Shown here in pieces: positions 40,801 to 52,076 of a DNA stretch of 64,000 nucleotides. Positions within the stretch are counted from its first letter, which is position 1. Every line of letters begins with the position of its first letter. Under the pieces are notes generated by a model. The model saw only the letters and a program-made list of their open reading frames with translations. It searched no databases and was not told the DNA's origin. The DNA lies in NCBI GenBank assembly GCA_040285745.1, contig JAUFOR010000008.1, forward strand, positions 1,612,001-1,676,000, read 5' to 3'. Source of the stretch: Barthelona sp. PCE. Lineage: Eukaryota. The position numbers and the translations under genes are program-made.

Positions 40801-43800
40801 GCTTCATTGTCGAACGTTGATTATCTTGTTTTCGAGGCTAACACAACAGTTAATATGCTTATGGCATATGAGAACGAGCCTACTCTTATTGATTATGGAT
40901 TTACACACGGTGTTCCTCTTCATATTCCCAAATGTGCTCTCATGAGCAAGGATCTTCATGTTAAGATCAGTGGAATCCCAGACAACGAGATCGTTGAGGT
41001 CACTGTTAAATATTACACCGTCTCAGAATATCAAACTACTCAAGAAATCAAGGATCATCCTACAGGAACAGTTTTCTACACAAAGTTCACACCAACAACC
41101 ACCACTAAGTATCCCAAGGCGTTCCGCGCCACTGCTGAAATGCCTGCTGGTGTCGAGAGCACTATGTTTGCCAATACTGGCTTCCCCGTCTCTCTTCAAA
41201 TGTTGTGTGGTCACGAAAGTGCTTATCGTGTTGATCAACTTGCTGGTTCATCAAAGAAGCTCGAGTTCGAGCCTTCTGACATCCACCCTGAGATGCCCAT
41301 ATACTTTGCCTTGCGTTTCGAGACCAAGGGAAGTGATAAGATTGATTTCACGTTCACCATTACTGAAACAGAACAGATGGTAGCTGAGATCGGACTCGAT
41401 AACGAAATCGAGGTTGGTGGTGACTCTATCTATCAATGGATTGAGGTTAGCCCCACCTTTGATAACGACTATGACACTGTATCCGTTACAATCGAATCTG
41501 AAGTCGGTGCTCTCCGCGCCTTCTTCTTCGATGAGGTTGGTAGCCCTTCAGTCGTCAATTTGTATCGAAGCGCCTTTGGATCACTCACGATTTTGGAGGG
41601 TAAGAAGAAAACCTTCTCTCTTCACACGGCTCTAAAGTTCTACCCAACCGGTTTCTCACACGGTGAGAAGCTTCATGTTCTTCTACACCCCTTCGATCCT
41701 GCGACCTGGAAAGGACGTATTGTTGCAAACAACGAGCATAGGATTATGACTGAGTGGGGAAGCAAGACAGTGAAAGGTACTGACATCAAGACCGCTGATG
41801 ATCTTGTTGCTTTCAGCACACCTGCTCTAACCAACGGTGATTGTTTCGTCTATGATTCCACCGCTCAGGCTCTGTACACCAATTATCAATCAGATTATTA
41901 CGGTGATTTCAACACTCAAGGCATTGAGAAGTTCTCATTCATGCGTTACCGTAGCTCCAAACCCTCTTTTGGTGTCTTTGCCAAACCCACTTTCAAGCTC
42001 GATGATATTAAGTTCACTGCATTCAAGGTTGAACCCACGTATGTCGAGTTGGACATTGCAGGTGATGTTGAGATTACCAATTCTGTTAAGGATTTCAAGG
42101 TTTTCAGATTAACTATCCCCAACAACAAGCAACTTGCTGCTATTGAGTATAAGTTAACTGGAGATTCATCTGGCTACCTCGGTGTTATGCCTGATCGTGA
42201 GCTCCCAGACTTCTTCTCTTTGGGTTCTTCCCCAATGAACACAATTCACCCTGATCAACCAGACTTCACTCGTCTCACTGTTGCTGACCTTCGTCTTTCC
42301 GAGGAACTCATGTTCACTGACGACGGACAAATGCTTTACTTGTACGTTTACGGTTTAGATATCGAAACACCAGTCACTGTTACACTCCGTGTTCTTACAC
42401 GTGATGTTATCGTCGTCACTGAGGATACGAGCACCTATGCTGTGCAGTCCAAACTGGGTGCTCTTTTCAAGATGTACACTGAGGGTAAGCCCTCATATCT
42501 TCGTTTCGAGTCTAACGAGAAGCTGGGTAATTATCGCTATCACAAGGCTACCCCCGATGATAACAACATTGTTCGTACAGAGGACCTTAACGTTGCTGTT
42601 GGATCTATCTTTATTGAGATCGATCCCGTCTTTGATGGTGAAGATATTATCCGTGATGTAACCATTATTTTCAAGAAGGTTGTACCTGATGAATCTATGG
42701 TTGGCTTTGAAGCTATTAAGCTCATGACTTTAGATGATACAACTCCCTTCATCAGACTCAGTATTTCGTATCCTAACGATTTCATCCACGCAATTGCTGG
42801 AGTCCGATTCTTAGAGACAGATCATCAAGTTACTATGGAGCTCGTCACTATGAAGAACGGTTTCCTCGCTGAATCCGCTGTTAACAGTGAAGGAATGCAC
42901 ATTCTACCTGAGAACGTATACGAACCTGATTATCCTCTGCCAGCTGGCCTGTATCTATATATGTACAGATCCGGAAACAACAAGCTTGAGAACATGGAGT
43001 TCTTTGCATCTGTCACCCGCATGGTTGACTTTGCCATTGTTGATGATCATCAACTCTATGAACCTTTCGTTTGCAACTCATTTGAGGATGATATCTGCCC
43101 CACTTACTGCGCACAGTCAATGTCGCTCAACTCCAACAGAGAGGTCGAGTATCTCAAGACCCCCACTGGTACTTTTGTTAACGATGGTGACGTAACAACC
43201 CTTCACATTCTTCCTCAGCTCGAGGAATATGGTGTTTCTGCAGATGCAATCTGTCGAGTTGAGGTTCTTGTCACCGAAGGTGCAGTTATGGCAAATAGCC
43301 ATGAGATTCCCGTCTCTGCTTTCTGGACTGACGTTACGGGCGATATTGCCGCCGCTTCTCTGGAAGTACTCAAGATCCGCATTGATCAGGCTGCTGAACG
43401 CATCTCACTTCAATACAGAACAACTTGTCAGGGTGGTGTCGTACCAGTTGGTTCAAGCTGCTCATGCCCTAAGAACTGTCACTTTGATGTGCAGTTCGGT
43501 GAGGTTATCAGCGAGTACTCCGATTTGGTGTTCGCTCATTACCTTCGTCGCTACAGCGAGCATGATAACGTGCCTCTTCCCGTTAAGATGCGTATGAACG
43601 GTTTTGCCCTTGAGGGTGAATATATTTCAGATACTGCCGTTGTTTCCAACCCTATGGCTGTTGTTCGTCAGGAGATCATGGAAGATTACAAAATGTTCCA
43701 ATCTACTAACGATCTGCGTCTTTATCTCAATATTCCTTTTGCTTACAACCAACCCCTTCGTGGTAAGTTTACTGAGCTTAGAGATCAATACCTCCCTGAA

Positions 43801-46596
43801 CCAGATAATGCTTACACAATGGATCGTCTCGAACGCTATGTTGGATCGTTGCACGCTGGTGATTTCGTTCACGGCCTCGCCAACAACAACGATAAGTTCG
43901 TAAGATCTCTCTACATCAAGGAGGGTTCTTTGCCTGATCATGCAATCGTCAATCTTTCAATCAGCGATATCCGCTTCTTTGACGAACGCGGTTTTGATTC
44001 TCGTGATGACTTTAACCCCGTTCTTAAGGTTGACATTGGTAAGCCAACTACCGGTAATTACTTTGACAGCCTTCAATTTGATCTTCAGTTCAACAAGGAC
44101 GGATATCATATGATCTCTGCTGATGAGCTTAAAACACGCGTTATCAGAGTCTTTACAGATGATGAGCGTATGGTTTCTTTCAAGGTTGGTTTCCATATTA
44201 TCGAAAAGGAGCACAAGGTTATTCCTTCCGATGGAAAGCGTCACTGTCTCACCGTCAACGGAGGATATTTCATTGGTAAACTCCCCAAGGTATCACGTGA
44301 TCCATCAAAGTACATTAGCGTTGTTTTCAACGAACCCACGACAACTCAGCACATTGAGCTGTTTGGTGCTTGGGGAACTATCCCTACACCTACTCAGAAC
44401 GACTTCAAGCTTGGTTTGATGCACCCCACATCCAAGGACTTCCACTGTGCCCCTGAACAAGACATTTATTTCATGCTTCGTGCTCCAATTGTCGGTAAGT
44501 ACGATGCTTGTATCACTGTTGAGCATATTTCCCTGTCCAAGGCTGACATTGCTATTGAGACACAGGTGCTTTCAGAGCGTGATTTCAGTTTGAAGACATT
44601 TGTTCCTCAGACATCCCACTTCTTTGAAATTATTCGCAACGATATCTTTATCGAGATCACTCATCCCGGCAAGACTTGGAGTGAAACTGTGATTGATGTT
44701 GACGTTAGTGTCGACCTCATTGTCGATTATGATGATGCCGTTGTTACCTTATTGGGTAAGTCAACTGATACTCATCTTGAGTGCGGTGCTTATTACCAGA
44801 TTGCCACTGCCATGTATTCGGATAGCATCGAGTTCATCGTCAAGGATCTTGATTCGAACGTCGATAAGCTATTCTTACACTTCCCAACTGTTCGCAGTTT
44901 CTCCGTCGGTGCTTATTCACTAAATGAGGTGGGTGAGATCAAGGGTGAGTTTGGTACTGAATACAAGAACGTTGCAACCTCTGCTTATGCACAGGAGACA
45001 AGATATACCTTCGAGTTGGGTTCAAGCGTTGACAATGTTAACGAATACATTCAGTTTGAGGTGAGTGGACCTCAGGTCAAGTTTGTAGTCACTACAGACT
45101 CTTGCTCATTAACCCCCGTTGTTATTCCCAGTTACGATAGCCGTAAGACTGTCATGCGTGTTTACAAGGAGGACTTCCAGAACATCTGCAACCGTCAGGC
45201 TGGTATCTTTACACGTGAGTATCCAACTCTACTTCATGTTGGTGTCCGTAACCGTGCCGCCAATGCATACAGTCTGAAGATTACAACTGGATCTACTGAA
45301 ACGATCAAGGCTAACCTCGATGAGATTGCTACACTCACTACCAACGGTTTAGATGCTGGTATCTGGGAGTACACCGTACCTACCACAACAGACTTTGACA
45401 AGGAGTACTTGTATCTTCGTCTTTTCAACGGTTTCAAGACCATTGAAAAGTTGGATAACATGCCTCACGATCTTAGCTTGCGTATGTATTCCTCCACTCA
45501 AATCAAGGAGAACTTACCTCCCAAGCGTATCAGCTTCGAAAGCGATCAGGACTGGCCCAACCGCGAGTCTGCAGAGGCAAACGATTTACCTATCAATGCC
45601 GGTGATAAGATTTACGTTATCATGGCATTCGATATTGATGGTCTCCCTGAACCTGACGCCGTTGTTCGCGCTACTACTTCTATTCTATTCGTACACGGTA
45701 CAGTTGAGGCTGTCACCGATGTTAAATCGATTGAGGCTACCTTCAAGTCTGCTTACAAGGTTCTCTCTATTCCTAGCGATCAGGCCTTTGACGTTTTAGT
45801 CGCAGATGAAGACACCGCCCAGGAACTTTCACTTTATCTTGTTGCTGATGGTTTCCACACCAAACATCAACACACACGCAAGTACCTACCCAACACTGAT
45901 AGGTATGAGCAGACAGGCCGTTTTGTCGTCACCACAGACGCCATCACCACATCACGTTCGTTGATGCTCGTCATCAAGAGGCCAGATTACAACTCACGCC
46001 TTGACGTCACCTATGCTCCAATCAAGCCCGCCAAGCCAACTAATGCTGAATTCTGTAGTGGATTCACAGAGAAGTATTCGATGTCTATGCTCACAGGTAT
46101 CCGTGACAACGAAGCTGAAATGAGGTTTAAACGTTGGGTGTACTCCTTTATTCCATGGAAGACTGAGAGTACCAGATACTACAGAACAACAGAGAAATGC
46201 GCTGCAGATCTTAAGAAACTCTCTTGCCTTTTGAGTTATCCTCCGGTTACATCCAAGGGTAATATGAAGTATTACCCTAGTGAATTGGGCGAGAACATTT
46301 ACAAGCACTGCTACTCAAGAAGACTCAACATCTTTGATGAAGAAGCCGATCCTGCCATGTCTTTGTTTGATGCTTCATCTACTTACTCTCTCAAATGGAT
46401 CACACCTGGACCTGGTAAGGAACCCACTAGCATGATGTTGTACTTCTTTGTTGCAATCATTGTTATTGTTGTTTTGGTTGCCATATTTGTTACTCTGAAA
46501 AAGTCTGGTAGCGGAACTGGTAAGAAACGTGAGAAGACAGACGCAATTCTGTCGGGATACACACCTGCTGATGAGTTGACTGAGTCTCTCATCTAA
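37807..46596 (+). CDS. Very large type I membrane/surface protein (2900 aa, two exons: 37807-37861 and 37949-46596)
   Basis: Splicing yields the signal peptide MMLRERICLLLIALIACSFAF in frame with the long ORF. It has tandem beta-rich modules, a Cys-rich juxtamembrane domain, one TM and a short tail. Confidence 0.88.
37862..37948 (+). other. Spliceosomal intron, 87 nt
   Basis: GTATGT...TTCTAACGTTTAG. It contains in-frame stops and its removal joins the signal peptide to the ORF. Confidence 0.9.
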
Positions 46597-46654
46597 TAGA
46601 TTGTTAAATAAATCAAATGTTTTTGTTTTCATAACTTTTTAACCATTTTATTCA

Positions 46655-48628
46655 ATGAAGAATAAGAAATTGTGCGCAGTTTTAGCATCGGCAGGTGTTG
46701 TTGGTGCTGCTGGTTTGGGTTTTTGGCTGTACAATCGATTCAAGCGAATTGAACCATTGTTAACTGATACAGAGCAAAATATTGTTGCGGGTCTTGTGCA
46801 AGAGCGGGACTTTGGTGAGATCTTGCACTATTTGAAGAGTTCTCACGACAGAGAACGATTAATTGGAATTTTAGCATTGTTTGACTTTGTTGATAACTTC
46901 AACAAACTCAAAGCACCAGTTTCTTCGTTCATAGACCTTACAGAATTTATGGAAATGCTACTTAAGCCACTTAAAGAGGTGCATGACCATTATTTTTCTG
47001 CAGTCTGTGGTCGTCAGGTTCTTATCTTTCTGGCCTTTTCTGGCAAGGTTCCAACCAATTTTGACGAGGAAGATGTGGGCAAGGTACTAATTCCCGACTT
47101 TAAGGAGACAGCTGGAGCGGCAATGGAAACCCATAACTATAACATGCTTTTACCTTCTTTTGCAAAGAATTTGGTGCTTCTCCTTGAGAATATACCCGTA
47201 GAGATTGGTGTTTTACTCTTTCAAGCCATTGATAACAAACAGTTTTTAATCCTAAATTGCTTGCAATTCTTGATTGCTGGGCTTAAAACCGACCTTGTTG
47301 TTCAGGTGCTCCAGATGCTGAGCGAGTTCTCCAAGTATGTATATGCCTGTAAGTACTTCAATGAAAACAAACTTATGGATATTTTGCTAGCCATGCTCGG
47401 GCAGCCTATGGACGCCTATGTAACCCAGCTTGTCGCCACTGTCATCTACGGGCTGGTGCACTCAAGTGATACTGAGCAACTGAACATCCAGAAGATCATT
47501 GCGTTGTTGACTGGCATTTTTTCCAAGATTAAATTAACAACTGACGCAGGAGCTAACGAGGATGTGATCACGCTACTGTCAACACTTGCAAGCTGCATTA
47601 GGACGTTGGTTTACGCAAAACCTGAAGCGTCTGTGTTGTTGACGAGTCATATTCAGGCGTTTATGCGTTTCACATGTTTTACAGAGATATCACCTTCAAA
47701 AGCGAACTTGCGCTATTGCTGCCTGTCAGTCCTTGCTCAGTTCATATCCACACACGAAGCACCGTTCAAGTTTGTGGTGCCCGACTCCATATTACTGACG
47801 TGCGCCACAGCATGCTCCAACGACTATGATCTGGTCCTTCACATGCCCGTGAGCAAGATCATGCACAACCTGTTAGTCTCACCAATTTTTGGTACTCTTG
47901 ATGCCAACCAAGTCGATCTATTCGTAGATTCCATCAATCGACGTCTTTTAACGGTGACTCAGCCTGTACTTGGCGCATTCCTGGTGATTGCGCTCGTAAT
48001 GCTCGATTCAGGCCGCGTCACAATAGATCGTCTTCCGAATTTGGAGCTCGCTAGATCTCTCGCTACGGAGAACAACTGCTCACCGGTGATCAGCATGGTT
48101 ATGGGCAACATTAATGACAAGTATACGAGCTCGTCACCGGATATGGATGCAACACTGTTATTCCCTGCTGTAAGAGGCTATTCATATCAAAAGATTCAGG
48201 ATCTCGGATACCTTCCAATCCCTGACGGTTTTGAGCCAAGACAAATGCCAGACACTATCACAGTACCTACATTCTGCGTCGGTATCGATGATTTGGGTAT
48301 CACTTTTAAGGCACTCCCTCCGAACTTATCTGCTCAAACTATGGTTTCAGCTACCAGTCGTTTGGTGACATCTTTCGTTGCTGGCCAGACGCAGAATGGG
48401 TACACAGTCGACGATGTGCAGAGAAATAACCGTGGATCGACCTATATTGTGTATGTCAAGACGGTTACTGAAGAGGACTTTTCCCTTATGATGCTTCATT
48501 ATTGCACACAGCATCCTATTGTTGGTGGCATCTGCTTACTCGCCCAAGGTTCGATTGCTAACCTCGATGCAGCTGTAGAGCATTTGGAAATGATCTCCAA
48601 AACAATGTTTGTATCTTGCTTGCGATAA
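46655..48628 (+). CDS. N-terminally anchored ARM/HEAT-like protein
   Basis: Hydrophobic segment LCAVLASAGVVGAAGLGFWLY flanked by basic residues, Leu-rich helical repeats and a small alpha/beta C-terminal domain. Confidence 0.7.
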   Translation: MKNKKLCAVLASAGVVGAAGLGFWLYNRFKRIEPLLTDTEQNIVAGLVQERDFGEILHYLKSSHDRERLIGILALFDFVDNFNKLKAPVSSFIDLTEFMEMLLKPLKEVHDHYFSAVCGRQVLIFLAFSGKVPTNFDEEDVGKVLIPDFKETAGAAMETHNYNMLLPSFAKNLVLLLENIPVEIGVLLFQAIDNKQFLILNCLQFLIAGLKTDLVVQVLQMLSEFSKYVYACKYFNENKLMDILLAMLGQPMDAYVTQLVATVIYGLVHSSDTEQLNIQKIIALLTGIFSKIKLTTDAGANEDVITLLSTLASCIRTLVYAKPEASVLLTSHIQAFMRFTCFTEISPSKANLRYCCLSVLAQFISTHEAPFKFVVPDSILLTCATACSNDYDLVLHMPVSKIMHNLLVSPIFGTLDANQVDLFVDSINRRLLTVTQPVLGAFLVIALVMLDSGRVTIDRLPNLELARSLATENNCSPVISMVMGNINDKYTSSSPDMDATLLFPAVRGYSYQKIQDLGYLPIPDGFEPRQMPDTITVPTFCVGIDDLGITFKALPPNLSAQTMVSATSRLVTSFVAGQTQNGYTVDDVQRNNRGSTYIVYVKTVTEEDFSLMMLHYCTQHPIVGGICLLAQGSIANLDAAVEHLEMISKTMFVSCLR

Positions 48629-48636
48629 TAAATTTT

Positions 48637-49650
48637 TTATTGACCATTCGCAATATCAAACCACTTTCTTGGGATATTGCTACTCCTCTCAACCTGCTCC
48701 CACTTTAACAACCTCAGTAAACCTGGTAGAACATTCTCTGTTACGCAAGCGTGCAATGCTTCGACTGAATGAGCATCGGCGCCTCCACTGATAGGAATAG
48801 AGTGACGCTCACAGTATTGTCTTACGATGTTTGCGTATGTGTTTTTCTTCCATATTATATCTGTTTCAATTGCATCTACGAGATGCGCCTCTTCGTAAAA
48901 TGTATTCAAAGTTTTGGGGTTCAAAAAAGTAAAGGGATGAGCCAAAACTGAAATTCCACCGGCTCCATGGATCAACTCAGTAGCCTCTGCAACGTTAATC
49001 CGCTCCGGATCTGGTACATGATAAGGAAAGTAAGCATTTTCTTCATCGCCACTAAGGTACAGACGATATGGCTGTCTCAGCAACGGTTCTGTCTTCAATT
49101 CGTTCCAAAAGTGAATTCCACGCTCGCTCCTATCCTGTTTAACACGATCCAACAATTGCTTATGAATAGCCCTGTTGTGAATACCTTTTGGATCATTCTG
49201 ATCCAAATGAAGCATACGGAGGATATGTGGTCTTCCAACTGGTACATCAGGCTCTACTATCTTTTCCCAAAGTTCATTCACATCAGCTTGAAAGCCCAAA
49301 TCCACAAAGTGCTGAGTAATGATTTCAGCTCGTCTGATCCTATGTTTGCAGTATCTTGTGCAGTGATCAACGAGTTGTTCGTTGTTCGGATCAATGAATA
49401 GGCCCACAACATGGATCTGAGCACTCACAGATAACTCAACACCTGAAATAAATTTTGTTGGAGCATGTAAATCGAGTTTGAGACGCTCTACCTGGTCAAC
49501 TGGCATCAATGTATCGTGGTCGGTGAATGCAATACATCTGAGTGGTGTTCCATCACGTTTTCTGTAAGATAGCATCTCATCATATGTATTCTTTCCATCA
49601 CTAGCAGTTGTGTGGTTATGTAAACTTTCACAAGTTGTTTCCCCGAACAT
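48637..49650 (-). CDS. PHP-domain phosphoesterase (YciV/TrpH-like)
   Basis: HNHTTASDG, TDHDT, GVELS, HVVG, GRPH, AHP and GGADAH motifs are all present. Confidence 0.9.
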   Translation of the reverse strand: MFGETTCESLHNHTTASDGKNTYDEMLSYRKRDGTPLRCIAFTDHDTLMPVDQVERLKLDLHAPTKFISGVELSVSAQIHVVGLFIDPNNEQLVDHCTRYCKHRIRRAEIITQHFVDLGFQADVNELWEKIVEPDVPVGRPHILRMLHLDQNDPKGIHNRAIHKQLLDRVKQDRSERGIHFWNELKTEPLLRQPYRLYLSGDEENAYFPYHVPDPERINVAEATELIHGAGGISVLAHPFTFLNPKTLNTFYEEAHLVDAIETDIIWKKNTYANIVRQYCERHSIPISGGADAHSVEALHACVTENVLPGLLRLLKWEQVERSSNIPRKWFDIANGQ

Positions 49651-49773
49651 TTATGTGGTATAACGTTTGTAAAGTGGTAAAAAAGAGAATATAGCACAAC
49701 TCAAAAAATATTTATTTTTATTTCATCAATGTTTCAAAACGAATGCTGCGAGTTATATCACCTTTACTGTCGA

Positions 49774-50871
49774 TCAAATGAAGAGATCAATTTCTACTGG
49801 CTTACTAAGGATACCAAATGAGTTGAATCCACACTGGTTGTGCTTTGAAGATCCCCCCGCCCATATTCTACCTAGATCATCGACAAGCATGATATGCGCC
49901 TCAAGGACACCGCCAGATCCACCAATACGTACTGTGTTTATGGGAACATCTATATCGAGCAACTGCGGAGATCTTTTTGATTCAGACTTCATTCCTAGCT
50001 CGCAGAATTCGTTGCTTCCAAACACCAGCACCTTTCCACTGCACAGGACGACGGCACTGGAGTAGTATGAGCACTCTACAGCAACTGGACGCTCAGACAC
50101 ACTTGAGCAAAAACTTGGGAGAATAACCTTGGATACATCGTTCACTGATTGGTTATGGCCCAGGCCCAATTGCCCCGCCGAGTTCAAACCGAATGAATAC
50201 ACAACGCCATCATCTGTCAACAACAATGAATGATCACGAGCACCACTCGCCATGGTAACTCTTCCTTCAATATATTTTGTGATGGATCGACGGGCACTCA
50301 TGCGCCCAAGCTCAAATATGCCCTCTGTGGTGACCACAATACTGTGGAAATCACCACATGCAAAAGTCGTTACATTGTGGAACGGAAGAGGTCTAAGTTG
50401 ATAGACAGGCTCGCTCACAGGGAGTCCTAGCCTGTTTCCCGCGGAACATCCACATCCGTAGAGCGTCCTGTCGTCGTCTATGGCAAGTAGATGCCATCCA
50501 CCAGCTTCAATATCGATAATAGGGCATGGAGTCTCAACTAAACGGAACGTTAACTGACATACAACGTCTCCGTATCCCAACTGTCCGTACTCGTTCGACC
50601 CACAAGAAAAAACTTGCCCATTTTCTGACAGATAAAAACTGGCCTCATGAGCACAAACTACTTTCACAGCCTTTTCATCATCTCTCAGTTTTATGATGTG
50701 TCGTGATCCAGTGGGGTTTGTGTGCCCCAGGCCGAGCTGCCCATTGCGGTTTAACCCAAAAACAATGAGATCTCCATCCTGATTTATGATTATTGTATGT
50801 GCTCCTCCTGTAGCAATGTGTGAGAAGTTGCCCGAGTCATGAACGTAATTAAAAGGTGCCCTTCTTGGCAT
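49774..50871 (-). CDS. RCC1-repeat beta-propeller protein
   Basis: Repeated FGLNxxGQLGLG and GGxH/CGDFHS motifs over about seven blades. Confidence 0.92.
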   Translation of the reverse strand: MPRRAPFNYVHDSGNFSHIATGGAHTIIINQDGDLIVFGLNRNGQLGLGHTNPTGSRHIIKLRDDEKAVKVVCAHEASFYLSENGQVFSCGSNEYGQLGYGDVVCQLTFRLVETPCPIIDIEAGGWHLLAIDDDRTLYGCGCSAGNRLGLPVSEPVYQLRPLPFHNVTTFACGDFHSIVVTTEGIFELGRMSARRSITKYIEGRVTMASGARDHSLLLTDDGVVYSFGLNSAGQLGLGHNQSVNDVSKVILPSFCSSVSERPVAVECSYYSSAVVLCSGKVLVFGSNEFCELGMKSESKRSPQLLDIDVPINTVRIGGSGGVLEAHIMLVDDLGRIWAGGSSKHNQCGFNSFGILSKPVEIDLFI

Positions 50872-51271
50872 GATTACACCGAAAGAAGAAGAGAAGTGAG
50901 AAAAATGAAAACACGTGTTTAGCTATCTACAGTCATATACTGTTAAGTAATTCTGCTGATTTATGGTGACTTATCCAGAAAACAGCTTTCCAAAAGCTGA
51001 AAGTTTTCTCTCAGTGAAAAAAAAAAAAATAGTACAACAAATTCTTTATGTAAGGTGATTTTAACTCGCTATAATAAGCATGCGGTGATAGTATAAAGAG
51101 CATTTAATTGATTGGAATTCAGCCCATTTTTTTCTCGCCAAATACACTTTTAAGAACAGGTGTCATCTTGTAAATGGCTATAACATGCAAGTAAAGGCGA
51201 GCTGATCAGCAAAACAAAAACAAAAAGAGTAAGTCAAATCATATACACATATTTTCCCTTTCTCTCTGCAT

Positions 51272-51577
51272 ATGACAGATAAAAGCAACAACAAAAGAAC
51301 TGCATTCGGTCGAAAGTTTCTATTCGCATCTGAAGGCAATGTATACACAGAAATGATGGGTATTTTGGCATTGGTTCTCAGCATGATTGCAATGTTTACA
51401 AAGAATAAGGCTTTGTGCTGGGTTGGACTCTTCTGTTCCATCTCTGCATCACTTAATAAGAGCAATGCTACTCAACAGACTTCCACAACAATTGCTCAAC
51501 TGCCATTCTCTATTATGAGCCTTATAATGACTTATTTCGGTAAGGGAATGAACTTCAAGCAACCAGGAACAGGGTAA
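51272..51577 (+). CDS. WDR83OS: PAT complex subunit Asterix (UPF0139)
   Basis: 101 aa, three TM segments, K.LCWVGLFCSISASLN and FSIMSLIMTY. Confidence 0.8.
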   Translation: MTDKSNNKRTAFGRKFLFASEGNVYTEMMGILALVLSMIAMFTKNKALCWVGLFCSISASLNKSNATQQTSTTIAQLPFSIMSLIMTYFGKGMNFKQPGTG

Positions 51578-51673
51578 TAGTGTATTCAACAAAGTATATA
51601 TAATAGTGAAATAAAGCATCGTTAAAAACTGAAATATAAGCTTAGAATTTGTATTAACTTGTGTAATTTACCT

Positions 51674-51952
51674 TCATTCCCCTATGTTCTGTACAGCTAA
51701 TTCTTCAAAACTCTCGAGAAATGCAGAAAAAGAATCAGAATCACAAACTAATGGTCCACCCAGCAGTGTTATGATGCGTGGCATCGGTATTTTAAAGTGA
51801 CCAAACTGTTCTGAGATCTCAGTGTTAAGTTTGTTTGCTGAGAATACAGAGGATGCTCTTGACCTCTCGCTCTTCAGCGCACCCGCACCCAGCAATGTTT
51901 GGGACATGTTGAACGGGGACTGTTCATATTCTTCACTGTATGATGTGAACAT
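51674..51952 (-). CDS. Small hypothetical protein
   Basis: 92 aa from ATG 51952. It fills a gene-sized gap and its stop is followed by GGTAAA. Confidence 0.45.
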   Translation of the reverse strand: MFTSYSEEYEQSPFNMSQTLLGAGALKSERSRASSVFSANKLNTEISEQFGHFKIPMPRIITLLGGPLVCDSDSFSAFLESFEELAVQNIGE

Positions 51953-52076
51953 CGAAAATAATTCTGGCAAAAAAAGAAATAAACTGTCAAACTGGACTAT
52001 AAAATATGCTCAAGAACCAAAATGCAACTGTTGAAACACAGTTAAAACAGTAAAAGAGTTAGAATTTGAAAAACAT

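Noticed and set aside
49774-50871. RCC1 protein also starts MPR and might belong to the MPR family
   Set aside because: It is a canonical RCC1 repeat protein of different length and lacks the shared C-terminal motifs. The shared start may be coincidental.
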